Origin: a virus
Taxonomy: Duplodnaviria > Caudoviricetes
Virus record (IMG/VR): IMGVR_UViG_3300028591_000110
Span: 32,001-96,000 of that record
Direction: 5' to 3' (one strand)
DNA: 64,000 bases
This document shows, piece after piece, positions 55,937 to 64,000 of this stretch. The stretch's first letter is position 1. Each line of letters opens with the position of its first letter. The notes beneath the pieces were generated by a model. It saw only the letters and a program-made list of their open reading frames with translations. It made no database searches and was not told the origin of the DNA. Both the position numbers and the translations under genes were made by a program.

Positions 55937-56970
55937 TCCTCATTTCTTCTGTCTCTGTACTCGTAATATGCTCTCGTATATTCAATGCTCGGCCCGAATA
56001 CGTTCAGAGCTGCTTTGTATAGTTTCGGCTCATAGATTCTGGCAACCTCAAGTTCTTTTTCAAAGTATCTCCCGAACGGGCAGCATGCGCAGCCGGTGCG
56101 ATCCAGACCGTAAAGCGAATAGCACTTAGAATGCTCCACACCAAAAGTCTGGTCGTATGCGTCGCAGTCGCTCTTCTTAAACCAGAAAAGCGGTCTGAGA
56201 TTGGAACATCCAAATTCAATATGGTCAAAGCAATTCTGATATGCGAATCTTCTGACGCCGCCCTCTGCCTTACGGACGCCTGTGACACTGAGATCCGGGT
56301 TGTGCTCCTTCAGGATCTCATGCGAGGTGTCCTTTTTGGACTTTTGGCAGCACTGATCTGAGATCTGAAATGTGGGTGGATTCTCAATCATAAACTCTTT
56401 GAGCCACTTTCTTGCGCTGATATTTACGAGTGATTTTTCTCCCCATAAATTACACCACCACCGGAGCGCTGCTTTGCAGTGCGGGTATCTCTCATAGAGG
56501 ACTTCAAAAGGCTCGTCCTCCCACTGAAAATTGTGAATCTGCAGCCGGTGAATATAGTTGCTGATTTTCTTTGAAAGGAACGGGTAGCCGTATCTTCTCA
56601 CAGCAAGAGGCACAGGACACTTTGCTCTGTATTCTTTGATCTCTACGCCGTATTTCTCCCGCAGATAGGAAAGATGATCCTTCGTTGCCTGATACTCCAT
56701 GCCGGTATTGAAATAGCAATAATGCACGTTTCCGTCCGGATGACCGATTCGCTCGATCATATCCAGCATCCGATCACTGTCAGCTCCGCCTGAAATGGAA
56801 ACTACCACATTTTGGAATTGGGGGGGGGTGGAAGTTTTACCGTTGAACTTTTGATAGTGCTTGATAAAAGCGGACTGGATCTCAGCGGTAGGAGAGAGCG
56901 ACATTAAATCAGAGTAATCCGTTTGGATCGCAGTCAACATAGACTGTTCGATTGCCATCTGCTCCATCAT
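55924..56970 (-). CDS. PAPS-reductase-family (PP-loop, Fe-S) protein
   Basis: SISGGADS, NTGME, CCQKSKK, TGVRKAEG, RTGCACCPF. Confidence 0.85.
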   Translation of the reverse strand: MMEQMAIEQSMLTAIQTDYSDLMSLSPTAEIQSAFIKHYQKFNGKTSTPPQFQNVVVSISGGADSDRMLDMIERIGHPDGNVHYCYFNTGMEYQATKDHLSYLREKYGVEIKEYRAKCPVPLAVRRYGYPFLSKKISNYIHRLQIHNFQWEDEPFEVLYERYPHCKAALRWWCNLWGEKSLVNISARKWLKEFMIENPPTFQISDQCCQKSKKDTSHEILKEHNPDLSVTGVRKAEGGVRRFAYQNCFDHIEFGCSNLRPLFWFKKSDCDAYDQTFGVEHSKCYSLYGLDRTGCACCPFGRYFEKELEVARIYEPKLYKAALNVFGPSIEYTRAYYEYRDRRNEECNT

Positions 56971-57188
56971 AAAAGTCGACCTCCTGTTTCCGGGTCGATC
57001 AGCTCGTCAATCTGGTCAATTGCAGGAGCGTTTTTATCCTTGATTTCCGTATTGATTACGGAATAGATGGCGTTCATCGCGCCCTCCGCTTTGCCGAGCT
57101 TGCGGTCTGACGAATCCTTCTCCTCTCCGAACTCGAAGAAGTCGCTGACGATCTGGTCAATGAGCGCGAGCTTGATTTTTTCGTTCAA
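56967..57188 (-). CDS. Hypothetical protein
   Basis: Coupled ORF. Confidence 0.5.
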   Translation of the reverse strand: MNEKIKLALIDQIVSDFFEFGEEKDSSDRKLGKAEGAMNAIYSVINTEIKDKNAPAIDQIDELIDPETGGRLL

Positions 57189-57586
57189 GTTTGTGCCTCC
57201 TCATACAAAACTCTCGGTACATAGACCCGGTTTTCCATTTGCTTTTCCACCTTGCGCGTGCGGCCAAGGACTTCTTTCATCAGGTTTGTAAGCTGCCGTC
57301 CTTTGTCGCTGTCCAGGAACTCCACAAGCGGCTGCAAAGCGCGAACGGTGTCTTTGGATTCTCTGCGGCTCTGCCGGCACTTCATGATCTGCGTGGCAAC
57401 TCTGGCGCGGTTTTTGTAATTGAGATTGTTCAGCTCGATCTGATGCAGCAGATCTTCCTGCAGGCCATTGAAGTAGGAAACCTGCTCTTCATTCCATGTG
57501 TAATCCCGCTGCGCCTGTTCCATGAGCGCCAAGAACGCCTCGATGCTGCCGGAGAAGTGCGGGAGCTGCTTTTTGACTTTAGGCAT
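57185..57586 (-). CDS. Hypothetical coiled-coil protein
   Basis: QEDLLHQIEL...RR..KD...Y.PRVL. Confidence 0.6.
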   Translation of the reverse strand: MPKVKKQLPHFSGSIEAFLALMEQAQRDYTWNEEQVSYFNGLQEDLLHQIELNNLNYKNRARVATQIMKCRQSRRESKDTVRALQPLVEFLDSDKGRQLTNLMKEVLGRTRKVEKQMENRVYVPRVLYEEAQT

Positions 57587-58400
57587 TGTCCTGCACCTCC
57601 AAATGGCGCTCTACATAGCTGCGATCCTGCGTAAAGATCGGCGTATCGTGATCTACGATCCATTTGCCGCGCTGATACTGATTGCCGTCCTTGCCGGTAA
57701 TGGTCTCTACGCGCTTGAAGCAGGCCGTACCACGCTTTTCATCCGGAGAAAAGTCGTTCCAGTTGATATTTTTCTCGGAAAAAAGCATCTCCTGAATGAC
57801 ATTGCACGACTTGTTCTGCAGCTCAGCGTGAGAGAAGTTGGCCTGACCGACAGACTGAATACTGTTTCGTGTGGCGTCTTGCTGGCGCCAGATCAGGCAG
57901 TTGCATACCTCGTCCTTTGGCATGGAGAACGCGCGAGCGTCAAACATGGCTCCTTTTGTAAGTGCAGCAAGGTGCCATTGATGCCTCAAAATAAATTCAG
58001 ATGACGGGTTTGTCTCCCCTTCATACGCAATGGATGAAAAGACACGAAATGACTGATTGAAATTTACAGTTGCCATTGACGCCGCAATGCTGCACATCTT
58101 CTGGACGTTGTAGCCGAACCATGCGTCTGTCTTAATCGTCGCATAGTCCGTAAGAACCAGCGTGATTTCGTCCGACTGCGTATAGCCAAAGACACAGCCC
58201 TGAATGTTCTCGCAGAGATACTTCATCGTGTCCTGCATGGCGGACATCAGAACGTGGTCGAACGGCTTGACAAACCCTTTGGTGAAAGTATGAAATGCCT
58301 TGCCGTCGATGCGGATAATCACGGGGATTCTGCGTGGCAGGTAGTTGCGGGAGATATACTCGTAACCTTTCATCCGGTCGCCGAGAGAATCTTTGTTCAA
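57579..58400 (-). CDS. tRNA(His) guanylyltransferase Thg1-like protein
   Basis: RIDGKAFHTFT, YTQSDEI, FDAR, WRQQDATRNS, KRG motifs. Confidence 0.9.
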   Translation of the reverse strand: MNKDSLGDRMKGYEYISRNYLPRRIPVIIRIDGKAFHTFTKGFVKPFDHVLMSAMQDTMKYLCENIQGCVFGYTQSDEITLVLTDYATIKTDAWFGYNVQKMCSIAASMATVNFNQSFRVFSSIAYEGETNPSSEFILRHQWHLAALTKGAMFDARAFSMPKDEVCNCLIWRQQDATRNSIQSVGQANFSHAELQNKSCNVIQEMLFSEKNINWNDFSPDEKRGTACFKRVETITGKDGNQYQRGKWIVDHDTPIFTQDRSYVERHLEVQDNA

Positions 58401-58440
58401 ATAAAGCCCTCCTAGTCTTTAATGTTTTACTAACAAGGTC

Positions 58441-58469
58441 AGTATATCAGACAGAAGGGCTTGTGTCAA
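58441..58469 (-). promoter_or_regulatory. Strong sigma-A promoter
   Basis: TTGACA-17 bp-TATACT with extended -10 TG; upstream of the Thg1-like gene. Confidence 0.8.
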
Positions 58470-58495
58470 TAGGAAAATAAGTTTTTTGTGTTGCG

Positions 58496-59290
58496 CTATA
58501 CCAAGGTTTTAATCAGGCGATCTTTTGCCACCTCAGACCACGGCTTTCCATAGTACGGGCTCTTCTTTTTATCGCAGAACCCGTTGTCCATGCCGATAAA
58601 ACGGCGGCCTTCCAGTTTTGCGGCAATCAGAGTCGATCCGGCGCCGCAGCAGTTGTCCAGGATCAGATCGCCGGGATTGGAATAGGTGCGGATCAGGTAT
58701 CGCAGGAGTGATACAGGCTTTTCTGTTGCGCTAATGGCAACGGAAGGGTGCGGCTTTGCAAAAGAGAGGATAGAACCGGGATACTTCATCGTGGATTCGC
58801 GCTGCTCCACGATGTTGTAGTCACCGTAGCTGCGGTTGGAATGCACATCATCCGCTTTCCGTCCAAGCGCTCTGCCCTTGGTATGGTTTTTCTTGCCCTT
58901 TACCATTTGCGGGTGATAGGCAGGCGGAGCTTTGTAAAACACCATGATATCCTCATGCTGGCGCAGCGGCATTCGTTTGGCGTTAAGAAATCCGCTCTTG
59001 AGCTGCTTGTCCCAAACGAGATTGTAGCGATGCAGCTTTGGATTGGAGAGCATCATGGTCGCGGTGAATTTATCCTGACCGAACATGAGAATTGCGCCGT
59101 TCGGCTTGATGATCCGCTCGTACTGCTCCCAAAGCGGAGCCGGAGGGATCATGACATCCCATGAGTTCTGAGTCATCTGATACGGAGGATCTACCAGAAT
59201 CATATCGATGGATTCATCCGGGATCTGGCGCATCAGCTCAAGACAATTGCCTTGATAGACATTGTTTTCAGATACCAAAAACGTCCGCAC
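58496..59290 (-). CDS. Orphan DNA N6-adenine/N4-cytosine methyltransferase (beta class)
   Basis: DPPY motif IV precedes motif I (LDNCCGAGST); EKPV.L. Confidence 0.88.
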   Translation of the reverse strand: MRTFLVSENNVYQGNCLELMRQIPDESIDMILVDPPYQMTQNSWDVMIPPAPLWEQYERIIKPNGAILMFGQDKFTATMMLSNPKLHRYNLVWDKQLKSGFLNAKRMPLRQHEDIMVFYKAPPAYHPQMVKGKKNHTKGRALGRKADDVHSNRSYGDYNIVEQRESTMKYPGSILSFAKPHPSVAISATEKPVSLLRYLIRTYSNPGDLILDNCCGAGSTLIAAKLEGRRFIGMDNGFCDKKKSPYYGKPWSEVAKDRLIKTLV

Positions 59291-59612
59291 CTACTCTTTC
59301 ATAAAGTTCTTTATCATAGAAAAAGTGTACATCTGATTTATCTCCTCTATGAAACGCAACAATGCTGCGGCTCACCATTTCGATCGGTGTGTTGATGTCA
59401 ATATACAGATTGTCGCAGCGCAGCCCTCTCATATTAGCGAAGGCTGAATGCCACTCAATAACGACGCTTCCATCAATATTGATTTCAAAATTGTCTCTGC
59501 CGAATCTCCAACTGATAACATCCGATTCGAGGTTGCGATATCTTTCTGAGATGATTTTTTGCGCAACTCTTTCTGCGAGCTTTTTGTTATACGACAAAAT
59601 GAGATACCGCAT
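59268..59612 (-). CDS. Hypothetical protein
   Basis: AT-rich 114 aa ORF. Confidence 0.55.
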   Translation of the reverse strand: MRYLILSYNKKLAERVAQKIISERYRNLESDVISWRFGRDNFEINIDGSVVIEWHSAFANMRGLRCDNLYIDINTPIEMVSRSIVAFHRGDKSDVHFFYDKELYERVGADVFGI

Positions 59613-59614
59613 AA

Positions 59615-60052
59615 TTACGCCCTCCCCGTGCTTCCGTGGCCTCCGCGATCTGCGTTGCCGAGCGCTTCCACTTCTTCAAAGATCAGCTCCGGCTGATGCT
59701 TCATGATACGGAACTGACAGATGCGGTCTCCCTTCTTGATCTTCGTCGGACGCATGGCGATGGCAGGGAAGAACCACTGATCGTTGTCGCCGCAATAGCT
59801 CTCGTCGATCAAGCCCATGCTGTTGGCCTGAATGATGCCGAAGTTCTTGAACGTGGAGCTGCGCGGGATCACATGCGCCTCGTAGCCTTCCGGCAGCTCC
59901 ATTGCGACTCCGAGCGGGATCAGACGGAAGGAATGCCCGCGCATCTCGACATCCTCCGCAGCGCGAAGGTCGATCCAGTCAGACTTGCCGTCGATGTAGG
60001 TCAGCTTCTCAATACTGTCGTCAAAATACTTGATTTTGATTTTTTCAGCCAT
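59615..60052 (-). CDS. dut: dUTPase (trimeric)
   Basis: [32 protein letters not shown]; start 60052 has an RBS. Confidence 0.92.
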   Translation of the reverse strand: MAEKIKIKYFDDSIEKLTYIDGKSDWIDLRAAEDVEMRGHSFRLIPLGVAMELPEGYEAHVIPRSSTFKNFGIIQANSMGLIDESYCGDNDQWFFPAIAMRPTKIKKGDRICQFRIMKHQPELIFEEVEALGNADRGGHGSTGRA

Positions 60053-60065
60053 TCTTTGTCCCTCC

Positions 60066-60821
60066 TTAGCCGTAGCAGAAGTAGGTGCTTCCGCTGAGCG
60101 GATGATAGAAATGCATCGCCACGCCGTAGCCCTGCTTAAAATTGGCCTGATACAGAACAGACGGATCGTCAAACACTCTCTCCCCGTTCATCAGCCTTAC
60201 TGCTGCGTCAACGCAGTATGGATACAGAACCATGCCATTGTATCTATGCTTATCCGCATACTGTCCATCCTGATACACGACATCGTAGATCGTTTTCGGA
60301 TACTTGGGAGACGCAACGCGATTGAGCACAACTTCGCCGACGCCCATCCGCCATTCCATAGGCAGCCAATCACTGCCGGCCTCGTTCTGGATGACCTTGG
60401 CGAGCAGGACAAATTCATCGAAGGTAAACTTCTGATAGCCCAAGCCGAGGTAAGAGATCTTGATGTTGCGCTTTTTTGCCGCTTCGACGCCGGCGTTGTA
60501 GTCTCCGGAGTATACGGCGGAAACCATCTCCGCCATATAGTCTGCCTCCAGAGAGAAGCCGACGCGATATTCAAAGGTCTCCAGCAGCTCCGCCGCAGAG
60601 ACGGGCGTCCAGCTCATGTTTTCGCCCTTGATCTTCTCGTTGCGAAGACGCGCGGCCTCCTCAAGCGATTTGTAATCGCGGGCGATGGCGGCTTTGATCA
60701 TCAGCTCCATATAATCCACATTCGGATCATAGCTTGCTGCAGCAGCAGTCCCAAACAGGAGGGACAGGGCGATCAGTGGCGTGATGATATATTTCACAAC
60801 GGTTTTCATATTTTTCTTCAT
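60066..60821 (-). CDS. Secreted SleB/Hydrolase_2 cell-wall hydrolase
   Basis: Signal peptide; [11 protein letters not shown]...[23 protein letters not shown]. Confidence 0.85.
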   Translation of the reverse strand: MKKNMKTVVKYIITPLIALSLLFGTAAAASYDPNVDYMELMIKAAIARDYKSLEEAARLRNEKIKGENMSWTPVSAAELLETFEYRVGFSLEADYMAEMVSAVYSGDYNAGVEAAKKRNIKISYLGLGYQKFTFDEFVLLAKVIQNEAGSDWLPMEWRMGVGEVVLNRVASPKYPKTIYDVVYQDGQYADKHRYNGMVLYPYCVDAAVRLMNGERVFDDPSVLYQANFKQGYGVAMHFYHPLSGSTYFCYG

Positions 60822-60833
60822 GGTGTTTCTCCT

Positions 60834-61427
60834 TTACATATACTCCGAGACGAGCGACGCGAGCGACATGCCGTTCTGCTTTGCGAGATCAATGCAGATT
60901 GCAGTCACATTCTTTTCGGTGGACGCGCCGATCTCATTGTTGATGTAGTTCAGCAGATCCGGATATGTACGCTCTTTGTAGCAGTCGCAGATGTCTTCAT
61001 CCTTGGCGCCGCAGCCGAACTCTTCACGGTCTTCGCACGGCAGACAATACTCTGTGTACCAGTCCTGCCGAACCCGACCGTCCCATGCTTTCAGACTTTT
61101 GCCGCGAATGATGTAACTGCGCTCGACCGGGCCGAGGTTGGAGCCTTCTGCATGGCGCCACCAGCCCCATTTCTCTTTCCAGTCATCGTCTGAGATCTTG
61201 CAGAGCGCTTTGAACCAGGAGCTCGGAAGCTCCCATACTTCCCAATAACCGTTTGAAGAGACGGCAGTTTTCGTGGCCGGAACGCCGAGATCGGCGAAGG
61301 CGTTGGACAAGCCTTCGCCTCCAAGGATCTCGACCATCGGCTCTCCGTACTCAAAAAGATCAGCAATAATTTTGGCGCTTCGGTCATTGCTGACGGTAAC
61401 TTTCTTTAGGATGCTGGATGTTGCCAT
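60834..61427 (-). CDS. Hypothetical protein
   Basis: 197 aa, Trp/Cys-rich. Confidence 0.6.
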   Translation of the reverse strand: MATSSILKKVTVSNDRSAKIIADLFEYGEPMVEILGGEGLSNAFADLGVPATKTAVSSNGYWEVWELPSSWFKALCKISDDDWKEKWGWWRHAEGSNLGPVERSYIIRGKSLKAWDGRVRQDWYTEYCLPCEDREEFGCGAKDEDICDCYKERTYPDLLNYINNEIGASTEKNVTAICIDLAKQNGMSLASLVSEYM

Positions 61428-61906
61428 TATGAAAGCTCCTTTGCATACTGATTCGGTGACGCCAGCCAGACGCCGAGCACTTCGTCATAGTGCTTTTCCT
61501 GATTCGGGATGAAGCGACCAAACTTCATAATGACGTTCGGGAGCCGGCTGAAAGCATCGACAGAGCTTCTGATCTCATCTTCTGTATATCCGGTATAGAT
61601 TACGACCGGATCATTGCGCTTATATTTCGTGCGAAGCAGATTGATGAAATGATAGACTTCCTGAGACTGATCCATCGGTTCAAGTCCTGCAAATACAATC
61701 GCCTTCGTGATTGGGTTTCGCAGATAGCGCTGAATCAGCATGTCATCGTCAATGAGGATGGACGGCTCTTTGGCGAGAGAGCTGTTTTGACAACAGCTCG
61801 CCCCGCTTTCTTTATCGCACTTGAAATTGCAGGTGCTTGTGCAGATGTACATGGACGGCAGCTTGTAGTTTGGAAAATCCTCATCTACCAGTCCTTTGAT
61901 TCTCAT
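61427..61906 (-). CDS. nrdG: Anaerobic ribonucleotide reductase activase
   Basis: CNFKC.....C radical-SAM-like motif, GLEP, IYTGY; coupled to nrdD. Confidence 0.85.
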   Translation of the reverse strand: MRIKGLVDEDFPNYKLPSMYICTSTCNFKCDKESGASCCQNSSLAKEPSILIDDDMLIQRYLRNPITKAIVFAGLEPMDQSQEVYHFINLLRTKYKRNDPVVIYTGYTEDEIRSSVDAFSRLPNVIMKFGRFIPNQEKHYDEVLGVWLASPNQYAKELS

Positions 61907-63873
61907 TGCATCACCCCATCATTGGACAGCACATTCATCCAACGGCGTTTGTCAAATTCCGTTTTACGGATTTTCTGATAGCTTGAGGTTGGCGTGTAAA
62001 ATCCGACGACACGAGCATAGGTGTCCGCCACGGGCTCACCGCAGACAGGACAACGCGGCTCACTGATGAATGCGTGACGATCTTTACAGACGCTGATCTT
62101 TGTAGTGAATGCGAAATAGATTACACCTTGAGACGCCACATAGTTCAGCATATCCCACGCTGTATCGCTGTCAGGGAAGCGGTTTTCGATGTTGATATGC
62201 GCGATGCATCCGCCTCCGCACTTCTTATCGAACAGGGAACCAAGTCTGCACTTCTCCTGAATGGTGCATTTCTCCATCAGAGGAATCCACTGGTTCGAGT
62301 AAATGAAATACTTGTTCTGCTCATACAGAAGGTTGTCTGCCTGACAGATGACGCCGGCACAGTTTTCTGCAGGGATCATCTCAATGTTGAAGGTGAAGTC
62401 GCATTCAAAGTTGTCTTTGACTTCATTCATCACATCAAGGATCTCCGATGCAAACTCCACGGCCTCATCGGAATAACTCTTGCAGCCAACTTCATCCGTA
62501 TCGATCAGGCCAAAGAGATCCATGACCTCATACATGCCGATGCCGCCGATGGTGCAGAACTGCTTATCCAGCTCTACGGCGCCATCCTGATAGTTTGGCA
62601 GGAGGCCTTTTTCGATATTGCGCTGAATGATGTGGCGCATGGCGGTAAGCGCTTTGCAATCCAGCAACACACGATCACGCAGGATCTTGATGTATTTCTT
62701 TCGGTTCATGCCGCTCTCATACGCAATGCGGACAAGGTTGATCGTGCTAACGCGGCAGGAGCCGACAGAGAGCGCAGTACCGCCGATGGAGTTGATGAAG
62801 GCGTCCAGCTTTTTGGTGTCGCTCAGAAGACGGCAGCAGTTGGAAAGAACACCAACATTATCGCTGCAGAAGAAGTTGCTGTCAGACCATTCGATGTTAT
62901 GGTCGGAGCACCATCTTGCAAATGGAGCGTCCACAAAAATATCCCATTCACGCGTTTGAATCATTTTCTCGATCTCTTCCGGAGAATGAGGTTTTACAAG
63001 GAGAGAGTAAGACAACACCGGATAGGTGAACATGTTTGTCTCCCTGATTTCGCTGACGACCTCCATAAAGACCTTCTGGCAGTCAATCAGATCCTCAATA
63101 TGATCGATTGCATAGGTTCCGTCCGGGAACTCTACGCCTCCGAAGAGTGATTCCAGATAGGGACGATCAAAAATCGACACATTGGTGAAAGCACTCTGAT
63201 CAATACGGAGGAACGGTTGATTGAGACGATAAATCAGCTTCTGGAACTGCTGGCGGAGATAGTAGTCAGGATCTTTCATGTAGTATCCCTTTTCTACGTC
63301 CACCTTCCAGAACCACCATGCCCAAATCAGGATGTTCGGCATACCAACGGCGCCGGACTGACGGTTGCTGAGGAAACTGACAAACTCGATGACATCATCA
63401 AAGTAGGTCGTGAGATGCTTTGGGGCTTGGTTGTTGTACTTGCCGAGGAAGAACAAGCCCTCTGTGGCAAGGCGGGTGAAATCGTTTGCCCAGCAGTACG
63501 GGAAGTAGCTTGCGGTTGTTGAATCGTTCAGATAAAATCCACGACTAAACTCTTGCTCCAACCACTGCTTTGCCGTGCGAAGCCCAAACATCTTCTTGAT
63601 CTCGCTGAAGATCTTGTTCAGGCCAAAGAGTTTGTCTTCGCTTTTGCCTTTTTCGGTCATGAAGCTGCGGATATCTTTATGGTTGGAATTTGCGTTCGGG
63701 TCAATGCTGGCGTCCGCAAGCGTGTCCTTGTCCACAAAGTTGTCAATGAACTCAGAGAAGTCAAGCTGACTCGGATGAACACCATTGATGTATTCAAAAT
63801 CTTCGCCGTACTTCTTCTTGAGGTCTTCCAGACATCGCTCGAAATCTTTGGAAAGTTTTAGCTGAATCTCCAT
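61903..63873 (-). CDS. nrdD: Class III anaerobic ribonucleotide reductase
   Basis: SNCCRL, IPAEN, C..H...CPVCG, RVVGF glycyl-radical loop. Confidence 0.92.
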   Translation of the reverse strand: MEIQLKLSKDFERCLEDLKKKYGEDFEYINGVHPSQLDFSEFIDNFVDKDTLADASIDPNANSNHKDIRSFMTEKGKSEDKLFGLNKIFSEIKKMFGLRTAKQWLEQEFSRGFYLNDSTTASYFPYCWANDFTRLATEGLFFLGKYNNQAPKHLTTYFDDVIEFVSFLSNRQSGAVGMPNILIWAWWFWKVDVEKGYYMKDPDYYLRQQFQKLIYRLNQPFLRIDQSAFTNVSIFDRPYLESLFGGVEFPDGTYAIDHIEDLIDCQKVFMEVVSEIRETNMFTYPVLSYSLLVKPHSPEEIEKMIQTREWDIFVDAPFARWCSDHNIEWSDSNFFCSDNVGVLSNCCRLLSDTKKLDAFINSIGGTALSVGSCRVSTINLVRIAYESGMNRKKYIKILRDRVLLDCKALTAMRHIIQRNIEKGLLPNYQDGAVELDKQFCTIGGIGMYEVMDLFGLIDTDEVGCKSYSDEAVEFASEILDVMNEVKDNFECDFTFNIEMIPAENCAGVICQADNLLYEQNKYFIYSNQWIPLMEKCTIQEKCRLGSLFDKKCGGGCIAHINIENRFPDSDTAWDMLNYVASQGVIYFAFTTKISVCKDRHAFISEPRCPVCGEPVADTYARVVGFYTPTSSYQKIRKTEFDKRRWMNVLSNDGVMQ

Positions 63874-63882
63874 GCGTTCACC

Positions 63883-64000
63883 TCACTGCTCGTTTACCCA
63901 GGCGATTGCAGAGGGAAAATTACGGAGCTCTCCGTCCACCTCAAGCATCGGCGCCTCCATGATTCCGAGCTCTCGCATTGCCTCCACATCGGTGTTGACC
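63883..64000 (-). CDS. Glutaredoxin/NrdH-like protein, 3' part (truncated by window)
   Basis: ...DVEAMRELGIMEAPMLEVDG...AIAWVNEQ*; directly upstream of nrdD. Confidence 0.65.
   Translation of the reverse strand, partial: VNTDVEAMRELGIMEAPMLEVDGELRNFPSAIAWVNEQ

Overview
This window is about 64 kb of a large temperate tailed phage (siphovirus-type), probably from a Clostridia/Bacillota host. The host call is an inference from the SLH domain, RBS style and the SleB, PhoH and NrdD genes. Positions 1-46.3 kb (+ strand) hold the late region: terminase end, portal, protease/scaffold, capsid, neck, tail, tape measure, Dit, Tal, a 2214-aa receptor-binding protein, lysis genes and accessory fibres. 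An attP-like site (3' half of tRNA-Thr) and a tyrosine integrase/Xis pair lie at 46.4-48.4 kb. Positions 48.4-64 kb (- strand) hold early and accessory genes (phosphatase, AAA ATPase, HNH, SLH/sortase-like, PAPS-reductase-like, Thg1-like, methylase, dUTPase, SleB-like, NrdG/NrdD). The most notable element is at 36.1-41.2 kb: a diversity-generating retroelement (target VR, avd, template region, RT) whose template region is a tandem library of 17 different in-frame cassettes (WWLRSP...GVAFG) rather than one TR. Cassette 3 is an exact 131-bp copy of the expressed VR, and only cassette 6 is a classical AAC-rich TR. Every cassette is preceded by a degenerate 11-nt leader complementary (allowing G-U wobble) to a single site in the spacer before the RT, which suggests mutually exclusive template choice at the RNA level. 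The RT has non-canonical motifs (HGDD). Second, the tape-measure gene is split by a predicted group I intron (15857-17027) whose splicing restores the reading frame. That intron carries an antisense, self-promoted zinc-ribbon gene instead of a recognisable homing endonuclease. All calls come from reading the sequence; no database searches were run.
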